A stretch of DNA of 64,000 nt from an uncultured delta proteobacterium. Lineage in GTDB: Bacteria; Desulfobacterota; Desulfobaccia; Desulfobaccales; 0-14-0-80-60-11. A program made the position numbers and the translations under genes. The notes below the pieces were generated by a model. The model ran no database searches and was not told the DNA's origin. It saw only the letters and a list, made by a program, of their open reading frames with translations. Positions 1 through 10,225 of the stretch are shown here, one piece after another (position 1 is the first letter of the stretch; the number at the start of each line of letters is the position of its first letter). The stretch is taken from assembly GCA_963812015.1 (NCBI GenBank), contig CAWETI010000003.1:1440001-1504000 (forward strand), in the 5' to 3' direction.

Positions 1-1
1 G

Positions 2-1027
2 GCCACCCTGGGCCCCCCCGGTCCCGTGGGGCGGGAACTCCGGGCCCGGGGCTATGAGGTGGTCAGCCTGGGGCTGGATATCAAACGTGCCCCCGCCGGG
101 CGGGTGGTGGGCGCGGTGCGGCGTCTGCTCCAAGCCCGCCGCCCGGACATCCTCCACACCCACCTTTACCACCCCAACTTCTATGGCCGCCTGGGGGCGC
201 TGGGGCTGGGGCTGCCGGCGGTGGTGGCCGCAGTGCATAATTCCTATACCCGAGTCAAGTTTCATCGACGCGTGTGGAACTTTCTGCTGGCCTGGGCCAC
301 GGACCGGATTCTGGTAGGGAGCGCCCAGGTGTGGCAAGACGTGCGCCGCTACGACGGGGTGCCCACCTCCCGCCTGGTGCTTATGCCTTATGGCATTCCC
401 CTGGCCGAACTGGACACTCCCTTGAGCCGGGAGGAGGCCCGGGAGCGCTTCGGGGTGTCCGGCGGTTTGGTCATTGGCGCCGTGGGCCGCCTCGAAGCGC
501 AAAAAGGCCATACCCACCTTCTGGCGGCACTGCCGGAACTGCGCCGGGAGATCCCTGACCTGGTGGTGCTCCTGGTGGGGGAAGGCCGGGAACAGGAGGC
601 GCTCCGTCGCCAGGTCCGGGACCTGGCTCTGGAGAACACGGTGCGATTTCTCGGCACCCGGCGGGACCTGGCCGAAATTTTTCGCGCCCTGGACGTTTTC
701 GTGCACCCCTCCCTGTGGGAAGGCCTGCCCTTGGCCCTGTTGAAAGCCATGGGCGCGGGGCTGCCCGTGGTGGCCACCCGGGTCAGCGGCTCCCGGGAGG
801 CTGTCGAGGACGGCGTCAACGGTTATTTGGTGGAACCCGGCGACCCCGAGGCCCTGGCCCGGGCCATACTGGATCTCCATCGCCATCCGGAGGCCCGGCG
901 GCGTTTGGGGGACGCGGCCCGGGGCACCGTGGCGAAGCGGTATTCCCTGGAGGCCATGCTGCGCCGGCTGGAAGAGCTGTACCTGGATCTCTGCTCCCAG
1001 CAGCATCTCAGAAAGTCACTAGATTAA
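2..1027 (+). CDS. Glycosyltransferase family 4 (GT-B), 5'-partial
   Basis: Motifs VGRLEAQKGH, PSLWEGLPLALLKAMGAGLPVVAT; the frame stays open to the window edge. Confidence 0.9.
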   Translation, partial: ATLGPPGPVGRELRARGYEVVSLGLDIKRAPAGRVVGAVRRLLQARRPDILHTHLYHPNFYGRLGALGLGLPAVVAAVHNSYTRVKFHRRVWNFLLAWATDRILVGSAQVWQDVRRYDGVPTSRLVLMPYGIPLAELDTPLSREEARERFGVSGGLVIGAVGRLEAQKGHTHLLAALPELRREIPDLVVLLVGEGREQEALRRQVRDLALENTVRFLGTRRDLAEIFRALDVFVHPSLWEGLPLALLKAMGAGLPVVATRVSGSREAVEDGVNGYLVEPGDPEALARAILDLHRHPEARRRLGDAARGTVAKRYSLEAMLRRLEELYLDLCSQQHLRKSLD

Positions 1028-1040
1028 TGCCCTTATAAAA

Positions 1041-2183
1041 ATGAAGAAAACTTCGCCAAAATCTTTTGCCATCCTGCATACCGAGGCCTCCCTGGGCTGG
1101 GGCGGCCAGGAGCGTCGCGTCCTCGTGGAGGCTCTGGCCATGCGCCAGCGCGGCCACCGGCTGGCCTTCGCCTGTGACCCCCGGGGGGAGTTATGCCGGC
1201 GGGCCCGGCAGCAGAAATTTCCCGTGACCCCGCTGACCTTCGGGGGGCGACACAACCTCGGGGCCTGGATCGGGCTGCGCCGCCTCCTGGTCGCCGGTGA
1301 CTTTGACATTTTGAACACGCACAGCTCCCTGGATTCCTGGGTGGGGACCCTGGCCTGGCGAAGCTTGCCGACCCGGCCCCTGCTGGTGCGGACCCGGCAT
1401 CTGTCCACCCGGGTGAAAAACAACTGGCCCACCCGCTGGCTCTACCAGACCCCGGCGGCCATCATCACCACCGGCCAGGTCACCAAGGACTTGCTGATCC
1501 AGCGCCTGGGGGTGCCGGCCCGCCGGATTTTTTCCATCCCCACCGGGGTGGAACTGGCGGAGTTTGCTCCCCAGGAAAAAAACTGGGAGTTGTTGGACCA
1601 AATGCAGATTCCCGCCGAGGCCTTCATTTTCGGCAGCGTGGCGGTGCTACGCTCCTGGAAGGGCCACCTCTATCTTTTGGAGGCCTTCCATGAGCTTATT
1701 CAGGGCGGCGCCCGGGCCTTTCTCCTTCTGGTGGGGGAGGGCCCCTACCGGGTGGTGATCGAAGAGAAAATCGTCGAGTTGGGGTTGCGGCAGCGGGTGC
1801 GTCTGGCGGGCTTCCGGGACCGCGTGGCGCCGTGGTTTGCCCTGATGGACGTGTTTGTCCTGGCGTCTTATGCCAACGAAGGGGTGCCCCAGTCCCTCCT
1901 CCAGGCCCTGGCCATGGCCCGGCCGGCAGTGGGAACCACGGTGGGCGGCATTCCGGAGGTGATCGTCGAGGGCGACACCGGCCTGCTGGCGCCCCCCCGG
2001 GACCCCGGGGCCCTGGCCCAGGCCATGGGGCGGCTGCTGGCGGACCCGGATTTGCGCCGGGAATTGGGGCGCCGGGGGCGGGAGCTGGTGGTGGAACGGT
2101 TTTCCCTGGACCAGATGGCCGCCGAAATTGAAGCGGTGTACGAGGTGTTGGGCCGGGGCGGGGAAGGGGAGGGCGGGGGATGA
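1041..2183 (+). CDS. Glycosyltransferase family 4 (LPS biosynthesis type)
   Basis: LHTEASLGWGGQERR N-terminus; VAVLRSWKGH; NEGVPQSLLQALAM. Confidence 0.9.
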   Translation: MKKTSPKSFAILHTEASLGWGGQERRVLVEALAMRQRGHRLAFACDPRGELCRRARQQKFPVTPLTFGGRHNLGAWIGLRRLLVAGDFDILNTHSSLDSWVGTLAWRSLPTRPLLVRTRHLSTRVKNNWPTRWLYQTPAAIITTGQVTKDLLIQRLGVPARRIFSIPTGVELAEFAPQEKNWELLDQMQIPAEAFIFGSVAVLRSWKGHLYLLEAFHELIQGGARAFLLLVGEGPYRVVIEEKIVELGLRQRVRLAGFRDRVAPWFALMDVFVLASYANEGVPQSLLQALAMARPAVGTTVGGIPEVIVEGDTGLLAPPRDPGALAQAMGRLLADPDLRRELGRRGRELVVERFSLDQMAAEIEAVYEVLGRGGEGEGGG

Positions 2184-2265
2184 AATCCGTCCAGGAGCCC
2201 CGAAGGAGCGCTAACGGTCACCGGTCACCCTTGCCCTTGCATCCCCGGGCCGCGGTCCCGGCGAT

Positions 2266-3036
2266 ATGAATTTCTCCCTGGCTTACCATTGGTTGATCCT
2301 GGCCGGCCTGGCGCTGTTGGGGCTCTGGGCGGCCTCCCTGGTGGCGGTGCGCCTCTGGACCAGACACCAGGTGATCAAGGCCTTGATGCGGCAGGAGGGG
2401 GAGCCGGACCAAATCAGCATCAGCCTGCCAGTCTCCCGGCCCGAAGACCTGGCGGCCCTGGACCTGATTCGCAGTTACCGCCGCCGCTACCTGCTGAAAT
2501 GGTGGCCGGGCACCATCATCTCCTTTAAGGCCATCAACGACATGTCCATGGAGTTGATCAAGGAGATCGCCCGGGTCTACCATCCCGACGACGACCGGCC
2601 GGAACTCAAGGCTTCCCTGTCCGACCTGGTGGCGCTCCACAACCGGGTGGGCACCCGCCTGGCCGCCTGGCTGGAGACCATGCCCATGCGGCCTTTTAAG
2701 GATGTGGAGTTGGCGACGGTGTTGCGGTATCACGAGATGTATCAAAGCCTCAAGGGCCATTGGGGCTATGCCTTCATCAAGCGCCATCATCTGGACCAGG
2801 TGGCCCGATGGGGCTGGACCGCGGTGAATTTTGCCAATCCCTGGCATTGGGGCCGCAAGGCGGCCTACCACGGCGGCAAAGAGGTGGCGGCCAGGCTCCT
2901 CATGGCCCGGGTTGCCGACCTGGTGGGCGAAGAGGCGGTGCGGATCTACGGCCGGCGGCGGCCGGTGGCCAAGGGCAAAGGCCGGGCCCGGGCCGCCGCG
3001 GACCGGGAAGACGCGGCCCCTGTGAGTCATTCTTGA
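2266..3036 (+). CDS. Hypothetical protein with N-terminal membrane anchor
   Basis: 256 aa ORF with host-like codon usage and a hydrophobic N-terminal helix; co-oriented with neighbours. Confidence 0.7.
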   Translation: MNFSLAYHWLILAGLALLGLWAASLVAVRLWTRHQVIKALMRQEGEPDQISISLPVSRPEDLAALDLIRSYRRRYLLKWWPGTIISFKAINDMSMELIKEIARVYHPDDDRPELKASLSDLVALHNRVGTRLAAWLETMPMRPFKDVELATVLRYHEMYQSLKGHWGYAFIKRHHLDQVARWGWTAVNFANPWHWGRKAAYHGGKEVAARLLMARVADLVGEEAVRIYGRRRPVAKGKGRARAAADREDAAPVSHS

Positions 3037-3095
3037 CGGCCCCGATCGGAGCGACGCCCCAGGGGCCACCCAATAACCGATTGCACCGAGGAACC

Positions 3096-3925
3096 ATGAC
3101 GTATTGCGGCGACTGGCTGGTGCGGAGTCTGGCAGCCCTCTGGTACCGCCTGGATAGGCGCCACCGGCGGATCACTCTGGCCAACCTGGAGTTCGCCTAT
3201 GGTGCGGCCCTCAGTCCTGCATCCAGGGAGCGCCTGGCCCGGCAAGTCTTCGCCCATTTCGTGCGCTTCGCCTGGGAAATCCTCGAACTGCTCCTGGCCC
3301 CCCTGGCAGTTATTCGCCGGAAGGTGGTCATCCTGGGGGAGGAGCACATGGAGGCCGCCCTGGCCCAGGGGCGGGGCGCCATCGCCATGGCCGCCCATGC
3401 CGGCAACTGGGAGTACACCGTCATGGGCTACGGACTGCAATGTCGACCGGGGGTGGTGGTGGGTCGGGAGCTGGACCAGCCCTGGGCGGCCCGGTTGGCC
3501 AGGTATCTCAGGCAGCGGGGCGGCAACTTCATGGTGGGTAAACAGAAGGGCATGAAGGGGATTATGGGACACCTGCGGCAGAACCGGCCGGTGGGGATCG
3601 TCATCGACCAGAACACCACCACCGCGGGGGGGTGTTGGTGGACTTTTTCGGCCATCCGGCCCGGACCACCCCGGTGGCGGCCCTCCTGGCCCGCCGGGGG
3701 GTGCCCGTCCTGCCCACCCTGTCCCGGCGTCTGCCGGACGGCCGCCACCTCATGGTGATCTTGCCACCCCTGCCCCTGACGAAAACCTCTGATCCCCAGG
3801 CCGACATCCAGCGCCACCTTGAACTTCAGAGCCAGACCATCGAAGCCTGGGTGCGGGCCGAACCCTCACAGTGGCTCTGGCTCCACCGGCGCTGGAAAAA
3901 CCAGTTTCCGGAGATTTATTCGTAA
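3096..3925 (+). pseudogene. Lipid A biosynthesis acyltransferase (LpxL/HtrB family), split by a frameshift in a G7 run at 3626-3632
   Basis: N-half has HAGNWE and GIVIDQN; C-half in another frame has VDFFGHPARTTP and PSQWLWLHRRWK; one extra G joins the two frames. Confidence 0.85.
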
Positions 3926-4013
3926 AGCTATCAGCTATCAGCTGTCAGCCTTCAGCAAAAGCCAGGAAGATCGAAGACCGGGGACGAAAAACGAAAAACG
4001 AAAAACGGGAAAC
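3926..4013. repeat. Short tandem heptamer repeats (AGCTATC-type x4 and ACGAAAA-type x4)
   Basis: AGCTATC AGCTATC AGCTGTC AGCCTTC AGC at 3926-3956; ACGAAAA x3 then ACGGGAA at 3984-4011. Confidence 0.8.
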
Positions 4014-4034
4014 AATAGCTCTCGGGGGGAGAAA

Positions 4035-4469
4035 ATGACCAAAGTTGATGAAACCTTCCTATCGGCATTCAAGGAGCGGGTGGCCGCCCAGGAGATTAGC
4101 CGGTTTTGGCAAATGGAACTGGAAGAGGTGGGCCCCGGCTGGGCCAAGGTATCCATGGTCTGCCGGCCCGAAATGGCCAACATCTTGGGGATGGTCCACG
4201 GCTCGGCCATCTTCGCCCTCATCGACGAGGCCTTCCAGGCCGCGGTGAACGGCCACGGCACGCTGGCGGTAGCCCTCAACATGAACCTCACCTTCCATGC
4301 CGCGCCCAAAATGGGGGAGCGCCTCACCGCCATGACGCGGGAGCTCCACGCCGGCCGCCGCACCGCCACCTACTTCATCGAGGTGACCGATCCCAAAGGC
4401 GGCCTCATCGCCTCCTGCCAGGCCCTGGCCTACCGCAAGGATACGCCGTTGGAGTTCGCCCAGGTGTGA
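4035..4469 (+). CDS. PaaI family hotdog-fold thioesterase
   Basis: ANILGMVHGSAIFALIDEA motif; ATG at 4035 after a GGGGGAG ribosome-binding site. Confidence 0.88.
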   Translation: MTKVDETFLSAFKERVAAQEISRFWQMELEEVGPGWAKVSMVCRPEMANILGMVHGSAIFALIDEAFQAAVNGHGTLAVALNMNLTFHAAPKMGERLTAMTRELHAGRRTATYFIEVTDPKGGLIASCQALAYRKDTPLEFAQV

Positions 4470-4585
4470 TGAGAAGGTTTGGCCGTGCAGGCATTTATCT
4501 GCGGGATTCCGGCGGAAGCTGAGAACCTGCGCCCCCGCCTGGTTATAGCGTTTGCCAAAAATTTCTTCTGATTGCCGGTTTTTTT

Positions 4586-4676
4586 AAATCCCCCTAAATC
4601 CCCCTTTTTCAAAGGGGGACTTTCAAAGGAATTTCGCTACGTTCCCCCCTTTTTCAAAGGGGGGGAGGGGGGATTT
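4586..4676. repeat. REP-like composite palindromic element between convergent genes
   Basis: Two CCCCCTTTTTCAAAGGGGG hairpins, framed by the inverted ends AAATCCCCC and GGGGGATTT. Confidence 0.75.
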
Positions 4677-4727
4677 GGGTTCTTGGAGCATGTGTCATAA
4701 CGGAAAAAACTTTTGGCATTTCCTCTA

Positions 4728-5942
4728 TCAGCCGGCGGCAGGGGTGTCGGGGGGGATGAACCCTTTCATGAGGAGATAGGAGAGGCCGATAATCAGGACC
4801 GTAATGGCCGTGGTGACAAAAAAGCCGCCCTCAAAGCCGATGCGGTCGATCACCGGCCCCAGTCCCACGGCGCTGACCATCATACCCAGGTAGATGGCGG
4901 AGTTATAGCCCCCCATGGCCAGACCCCGGAATTCCGGGGGGACGGTTTCCACGCTGAAGGCCGCCACCGAAGTAAAGGCCAGGCCCATGCTCACTCCCAT
5001 AGCAACCGCACTGAGCATGAAATGGAGCGGCTGCCGGGAGAGCCCGTAGCCGGCCATGGACGCGGCCAGGCCCAAGAGCCCCCATACCACCAGAAGGCTG
5101 CGGTGTCGCACCCGGTCGCTCAGGTGACCGAAAGGCAGGCGGGAGACGGCGTTCATCACCCCCTGGATGGCGTAGACCAGCCCGATCTGCCCGTAAGTTA
5201 ACCCCTGGTTGTGAGCATGTAACGGCAGGAAGGTAATAAAGACGCCCAAGCCGAAGCAGCCGCCGCCGGTGGCCAGCCAGGAGCCCAGCAAGGGCTGGTT
5301 GTGCCGGATTTCCCGTAGGGTGGCCCGGTTGATGGCGGGTCTGGGAGGGGGCGCCGGCAAGACGTGGCGCGCCCGGGGCAGCAAAAAGAGATTAACCCAA
5401 TAGAATAAGAAGATACTGAGGCCGGACAGGACAAAGACCATGGGAAAGCCCCAGGCCTCCGCCACAAAGCCCCCGGCTCCCGGCCCCAGGCTCATGCCGA
5501 CATAGAGCGCTGTGGTGTACCAGCCGTAGGACCGGCCCAGGTGGGTGGGAGGGGAGAACCCGGCCACATAAGCCATCATGGTGGGGCCAAACGCGGCCAA
5601 CCCGGCGCCGGAAAACAGGTAGATCCAGATGAGTTGGTGAGGCGTATGGCTGACGGCCAGGAGGAAGGAAGACGCCGCCAGCATCAGCAGGCCCAAACCG
5701 GCCAGGCGCTTCATGCCCAGACGGCCCGAGACCAGCCCCAGGGGCAGGGACAGGGTCCCGGCGGCAAGCAGGAAGGCGCCGTTGATGAGGCCCACCATCA
5801 CGGTATCGGCCCCCAGGGACCGGGCATAGAGGGGCACCACGGGAAAGCGCATGTAGGTGCCGAAGTAACAGCCCAGGACCACCGCGCAGCAGATCAACAG
5901 CAGGACGGGGTAGCTGGGAATGCGGGCCGGTTCAAGGTTCAT
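4728..5942 (-). CDS. MFS transporter
   Basis: About 12 hydrophobic segments; GHLSDRVRHR motif-A-like loop. Confidence 0.88.
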   Translation of the reverse strand: MNLEPARIPSYPVLLLICCAVVLGCYFGTYMRFPVVPLYARSLGADTVMVGLINGAFLLAAGTLSLPLGLVSGRLGMKRLAGLGLLMLAASSFLLAVSHTPHQLIWIYLFSGAGLAAFGPTMMAYVAGFSPPTHLGRSYGWYTTALYVGMSLGPGAGGFVAEAWGFPMVFVLSGLSIFLFYWVNLFLLPRARHVLPAPPPRPAINRATLREIRHNQPLLGSWLATGGGCFGLGVFITFLPLHAHNQGLTYGQIGLVYAIQGVMNAVSRLPFGHLSDRVRHRSLLVVWGLLGLAASMAGYGLSRQPLHFMLSAVAMGVSMGLAFTSVAAFSVETVPPEFRGLAMGGYNSAIYLGMMVSAVGLGPVIDRIGFEGGFFVTTAITVLIIGLSYLLMKGFIPPDTPAAG

Positions 5943-6088
5943 GGGGGGGCAGCGGCAGGGGCCGGCAGGGTTCCCAGGGCCAAGGCCGCGGGGGAGGGCA
6001 GGTCAGGCCCCGGGTCCGGAACCGGCAGGAAACTGGCCGGTTAACGACCGGGGCCTAACGCCGCCTGTCCGAACCAAGGCGGCCGGCA

Positions 6089-6691
6089 TCAGGTCCGCTT
6101 CAATTCGGACACCTTGGTCCTGAGGCGCCGCACCAGTTCGGCGTATGAAGATTCATGGATGATCCGGCTGAACTGCGAGCGGTAGTTGCTCACCAGGCTG
6201 ACGCCCTCGATCACCACGTCGTAGACCTTCCACGTGCCGCCCTCCTGGAGGAGGCGGTAGTTCAAGGGAATCCGGTCATTGGGTTTGATCACCATGGTGC
6301 GCACTTCGGCGTTATTGTCGGTGAGAATCTCGCCGGTGTAGTCAATTTTCACCCGCTGGGCGTACTTCTCGATCTTATCGGAGTAGGAAGCCTCCAGCAG
6401 TTCCGAGAACAGGCGCACAAACTCATCTTGTTGGCCGCTGCTGAGGCCCCCCCAGGCGGTTCCCAGGGACCGTTTGGCCATCTCCCGGTAATCGAAATGG
6501 GGATCCACGACGTGCTTGACCATCTGGCGCCGTTGTTCTCCGGCGTAGGAGGGATTCTGGAGAATATCCAGGGCCTTTTCAATGACTTGCCTGACAATCT
6601 CGGTGGGCGGACCCGCCCAGGCCCCGGTAGCCCCCACCACCAGTTGCAAGGCTAACCCAAGGATGACGCTTCTTATCAGCAAAGCACTCAT
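6089..6691 (-). CDS. mlaC: Phospholipid-binding periplasmic protein MlaC/Ttg2D
   Basis: Signal peptide; FDYREMAKRSLG; WKVYDVVIEGVSLVSNYRSQF; lies downstream of mlaEFD. Confidence 0.92.
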   Translation of the reverse strand: MSALLIRSVILGLALQLVVGATGAWAGPPTEIVRQVIEKALDILQNPSYAGEQRRQMVKHVVDPHFDYREMAKRSLGTAWGGLSSGQQDEFVRLFSELLEASYSDKIEKYAQRVKIDYTGEILTDNNAEVRTMVIKPNDRIPLNYRLLQEGGTWKVYDVVIEGVSLVSNYRSQFSRIIHESSYAELVRRLRTKVSELKRT

Positions 6692-6916
6692 GAGGCAACT
6701 CCTTTACCCTTAGAGCTGGAAAACTTTTTGCCGGGACCCGGTGATCGCGGCAGCCCCGGCCCCCCTTTCTCAAGGGGAATGATCAAGCCTGCCGCATTCC
6801 CTGCTCCAGGGGATCTTTTCTTAGTCATAATCAAAATAAGATCAAAAATCGACAAGTCAAAGGTCGCGAATCCCCGGAAACTTACCCGGGGCGGTTTTTG
6901 CGATAATTACCGGGCC

Positions 6917-7357
6917 TCACACCTTGCCATGGATGTAACTGCCGATCAATTCTTCCAGGTCGATGCCGGCTTCGGTGTTGATGATGGTTCCACCGTGTGG
7001 CACGAGTTTTTCCGAACTCCCGGGGGACAACTTGACGAATTTATCCCCGATGATTCCCTTGGTGCGGATGGAGGCGATGGCATCGTCATGAATCTTCAGG
7101 CCGTTATGCAACTTGATGCCGACCCGGGCCTGGTACTGGGGGGTGAGCCCGATGGACATCACCCGGCCCACTTCCACCCCGGCCACTTCCACCGCGGCCC
7201 CGGTTTTGAGTCCGGAGGCGCCATCAAAATTGGCAAAGATCTGGTAGCCCTCGCCGTAAATTTCCATCTTGCCCAAGTTAATTGACAGATAAGCCAGGCA
7301 AGCCAGGCCTATCAACACGAAGACACCTACGGTCAGCTCCAGATTGGCTCTTCTCAT
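6917..7357 (-). CDS. mlaD: MCE-domain protein MlaD
   Basis: ELTVGVFVLIG, GLKTGAAVEVAGVEVGRV, TKGIIGDKFVKLSPG. Confidence 0.93.
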   Translation of the reverse strand: MRRANLELTVGVFVLIGLACLAYLSINLGKMEIYGEGYQIFANFDGASGLKTGAAVEVAGVEVGRVMSIGLTPQYQARVGIKLHNGLKIHDDAIASIRTKGIIGDKFVKLSPGSSEKLVPHGGTIINTEAGIDLEELIGSYIHGKV

Positions 7358-7365
7358 AAGATTGT

Positions 7366-8109
7366 CTAGGCCTCCAGAAAGTCGACTTCCCCCCGGATGA
7401 AACTCTGGACCACCGGGTCCGGATGGCTTTGAATCTCCTCGGGGGTGCCCGCCGCAATGATGCGGCCCTTGTAGAGCATCGCCACCTGATGAGCCACATG
7501 GAAGACTTCGGGAATGTCGTGGCTCACCATCAAAGCCGTATAGCCGCTCTCCTGATGGGTCTTGGTGATGAGATGGAAGACGGTGTTGGTCATGGGCGGG
7601 TCCAGCCCGGTGACCGGCTCATCATAGAACATGATCTCCGGCTCCTGAATCATGGCCCGGGCCAGGGCCACCCGCTTTTTCATGCCGCCGCTCAGTTCGT
7701 CGGGAAACTTGTCCTCCACCTCAGAAGTCAGGGACATCTGGGTCAGGCGCTCCCGCACCCGCTTAGCGATCTCGGCTTCCGACAGCCGGGTTTTTTCCCG
7801 CAGCGGAAAGGCAATATTTTCAAAGACGCTGAGTGAGTCAAACAGGGCGCCGCCTTGAAAGAGCACCGCGATGCGCCGTTTGAATTCCCGCAGGCTGGAG
7901 CCCCTCAGCAAGGAGATGTCCTGGCCGTCCACGAGGATTTGGCCGGAGTCGGGTTTAATGAGGCCGATGATATGCTTCAAGAGCACGCTTTTGCCCACCC
8001 CGCTCTTGCCGATTACCACCGTAATCTGGCCGGAGGGCAGCTCCAGATTGATGCCGTCCAGGACCTTGTGGCCCCTAAAAGATTTGACCAGGTCGATGAT
8101 CTTAATCAT
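7366..8109 (-). CDS. mlaF: ABC transporter ATP-binding protein MlaF
   Basis: Walker A GKSGVGKS; FQGGALFDSL; LSGGMKKRVALARA. Confidence 0.93.
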   Translation of the reverse strand: MIKIIDLVKSFRGHKVLDGINLELPSGQITVVIGKSGVGKSVLLKHIIGLIKPDSGQILVDGQDISLLRGSSLREFKRRIAVLFQGGALFDSLSVFENIAFPLREKTRLSEAEIAKRVRERLTQMSLTSEVEDKFPDELSGGMKKRVALARAMIQEPEIMFYDEPVTGLDPPMTNTVFHLITKTHQESGYTALMVSHDIPEVFHVAHQVAMLYKGRIIAAGTPEEIQSHPDPVVQSFIRGEVDFLEA

Positions 8110-8112
8110 GGG

Positions 8113-8883
8113 TTACATGAAAAAAGACGTGAGCACGTAGTCCCACGCCAGGACCAGCACCGCCGACAGGACCACGGTCTGGTTGGTGGCCTTGCTCACG
8201 CCCTCGGCCCCGTGTTCGGTGTGATACCCCTTGTAGCAGGCCACCAGGATGATGGTGAGCCCGAACACCAGGGACTTGACGATGCCGCCGTGGATATCCA
8301 GGGGCACCACGCTCTGTCTCATGCTGGCGAAATAAGCCCCGGAGCTGACCCCCAAAAGGATAACGCCGACGAGATAGCCGCCGAGGATGCCCACCACGTC
8401 GAAGATGGCGGTGAGCAAGGGCACCCCGATGACGCCGGCCAGCAGTTTGGGCATCACCACGTATTGGATCGGGTTGACGGCCATGGTGTCCATGGCGTCC
8501 AACTGTTCGGTGATCCGCATGATGCCGATCTCGGCGGTGACTGCGGACCCGGCCCGGGCCGAGACCATGATGCCGGTGAGCACCGGACCCATCTCCCGAA
8601 TCAGGCCCAGGGCCACCACCGACCCCAACGCCCCTTCGGAGCCATACTGCTTCAGGGTGTAATAGCCTTGCAGGGCCATGACCATGCCGGTAAAGGCGCC
8701 GGTGAGCATCACGATCAGGGTGGATTTGACCCCGATCTTATGAATTTCCTGCAAGAGCCGCCGGAACCGGAAGGGCGGGAGAAAGGCCAGACCCAAGCTC
8801 TCCAGGAGGAAGAGCATCATGCCCCCGGCTTCTTGCACCAGATTTAATGACCGTTGGCCCAGCTGACGAACGAGGTTGGCCAT
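8113..8883 (-). CDS. mlaE: ABC transporter permease MlaE
   Basis: REMGPVLTGIMVSARAGSAVTAEIGIMRITEQLDAM; start taken at ATG 8883. Confidence 0.93.
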   Translation of the reverse strand: MANLVRQLGQRSLNLVQEAGGMMLFLLESLGLAFLPPFRFRRLLQEIHKIGVKSTLIVMLTGAFTGMVMALQGYYTLKQYGSEGALGSVVALGLIREMGPVLTGIMVSARAGSAVTAEIGIMRITEQLDAMDTMAVNPIQYVVMPKLLAGVIGVPLLTAIFDVVGILGGYLVGVILLGVSSGAYFASMRQSVVPLDIHGGIVKSLVFGLTIILVACYKGYHTEHGAEGVSKATNQTVVLSAVLVLAWDYVLTSFFM

Positions 8884-9192
8884 GTGGTATCCCGATAAAA
8901 AGTTAAAATATACATTTAAATGAAAACCGGCCAAAAAGCAAGGGGGAAAGGGCCTGCGCCGGTGCGGCAAATGGGGAGAACCACAATCTGAGCGCATTCC
9001 TTCACGCACGGCCTCCCGATTCCGCCCCTCCTGGCGGGGGAACCTCAGCCCATAACTCTGCCCCGATACCCTTTTCGGAAAATCCCGCCAGAAGGATAAA
9101 ATCATTGACGGCCCGAACAACTCTGATTAACATTAAGCCGTGAATAGTAAGCGTTCAGGCCCATTAGCCGGCGTGCGGGAACTGGAGGGGCA

Positions 9193-10209
9193 ATGGCGGT
9201 CAGGGTAGCCATTAATGGCTTCGGGCGTATCGGCCGGTGTCTTACCCGTCTCATGGCCACCACCGATAAGGACCTGGAACTCGTGGCCATCAACTCCCGG
9301 GCCGACCTAGCCAGGGATATCCACCTCTTTAAATATGATTCGGTCCACGGCCGGTTCACGGGCACCGTTGCGGCCCATGGAGAAAACCTTATCCTTAACG
9401 ACCGCGAGGTGCGGGTCACCCGGATTACGGAGCCGGAAGGCCTCCCCTGGAAGGAGTTGGGGGTGGAAATCGTCCTGGAATCCACCGGGGCCTTTCGGGA
9501 CCGGGCTTCCAATGAAGGGCATCTGAAGGCCGGGGCGAAACGAGTCATCCTGGGGGCGCCCGGGAAAAAGCTCGACGCCACCTTTGTCTATGGGGTGAAT
9601 CATTGGGACTTCGACCCGGCCTGCCACCGGATCATCTCCAATGCCTCCTGCACCACCAACTGTCTGGCGCCGGTGGTCAAGGTGCTGCATGATACCTTCG
9701 GCCTCGAATACGGTCTGATGACCACCTGTCATTCTTATACCATGGATCAACGCCTCCTGGATGGCTCCCATAGCGACCTCAGACGGGCCCGGGCCGCCTG
9801 TCTGTCCATGGTGCCCACCTCCACCGGCGCCGCCCGGGCGGTCACCGAGGTCTTGCCGGCCCTGGCCGGCCGTCTGGACGGTCTCTCCGTGAGGGTCCCC
9901 ACCCCCAATGTGTCCCTGGTGGACCTGGTGGCTACGGTGACCCGGCCCACCACCAAAGAGGAAGTGAACCAGGCCTTCGTGGCGGCCCAGGCAGGGTCCC
10001 TGGAGGGGGTTCTGGCCGTGTCCTTCGAGCCTTTGGTGTCCACGGACTACAACGGCTCCGGCTTTTCCGCCGTGGTGGATGCCGAACTCACCAACGTCAT
10101 GGGCGGAACCCTGGTAAAGGTGATGGCCTGGTACGATAACGAGATGGGTTTTGCCAATCGGATGCTGGACCTGGCGTTGCATGTTGGCCGCCATAAGGTT
10201 AATCTGTAA
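9193..10209 (+). CDS. gap: Glyceraldehyde-3-phosphate dehydrogenase, type I
   Basis: INGFGRIGR, SNASCTTNCLAP, WYDNEMGF. Confidence 0.97.
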   Translation: MAVRVAINGFGRIGRCLTRLMATTDKDLELVAINSRADLARDIHLFKYDSVHGRFTGTVAAHGENLILNDREVRVTRITEPEGLPWKELGVEIVLESTGAFRDRASNEGHLKAGAKRVILGAPGKKLDATFVYGVNHWDFDPACHRIISNASCTTNCLAPVVKVLHDTFGLEYGLMTTCHSYTMDQRLLDGSHSDLRRARAACLSMVPTSTGAARAVTEVLPALAGRLDGLSVRVPTPNVSLVDLVATVTRPTTKEEVNQAFVAAQAGSLEGVLAVSFEPLVSTDYNGSGFSAVVDAELTNVMGGTLVKVMAWYDNEMGFANRMLDLALHVGRHKVNL

Positions 10210-10225
10210 GCAATAGGAGCTCCCA

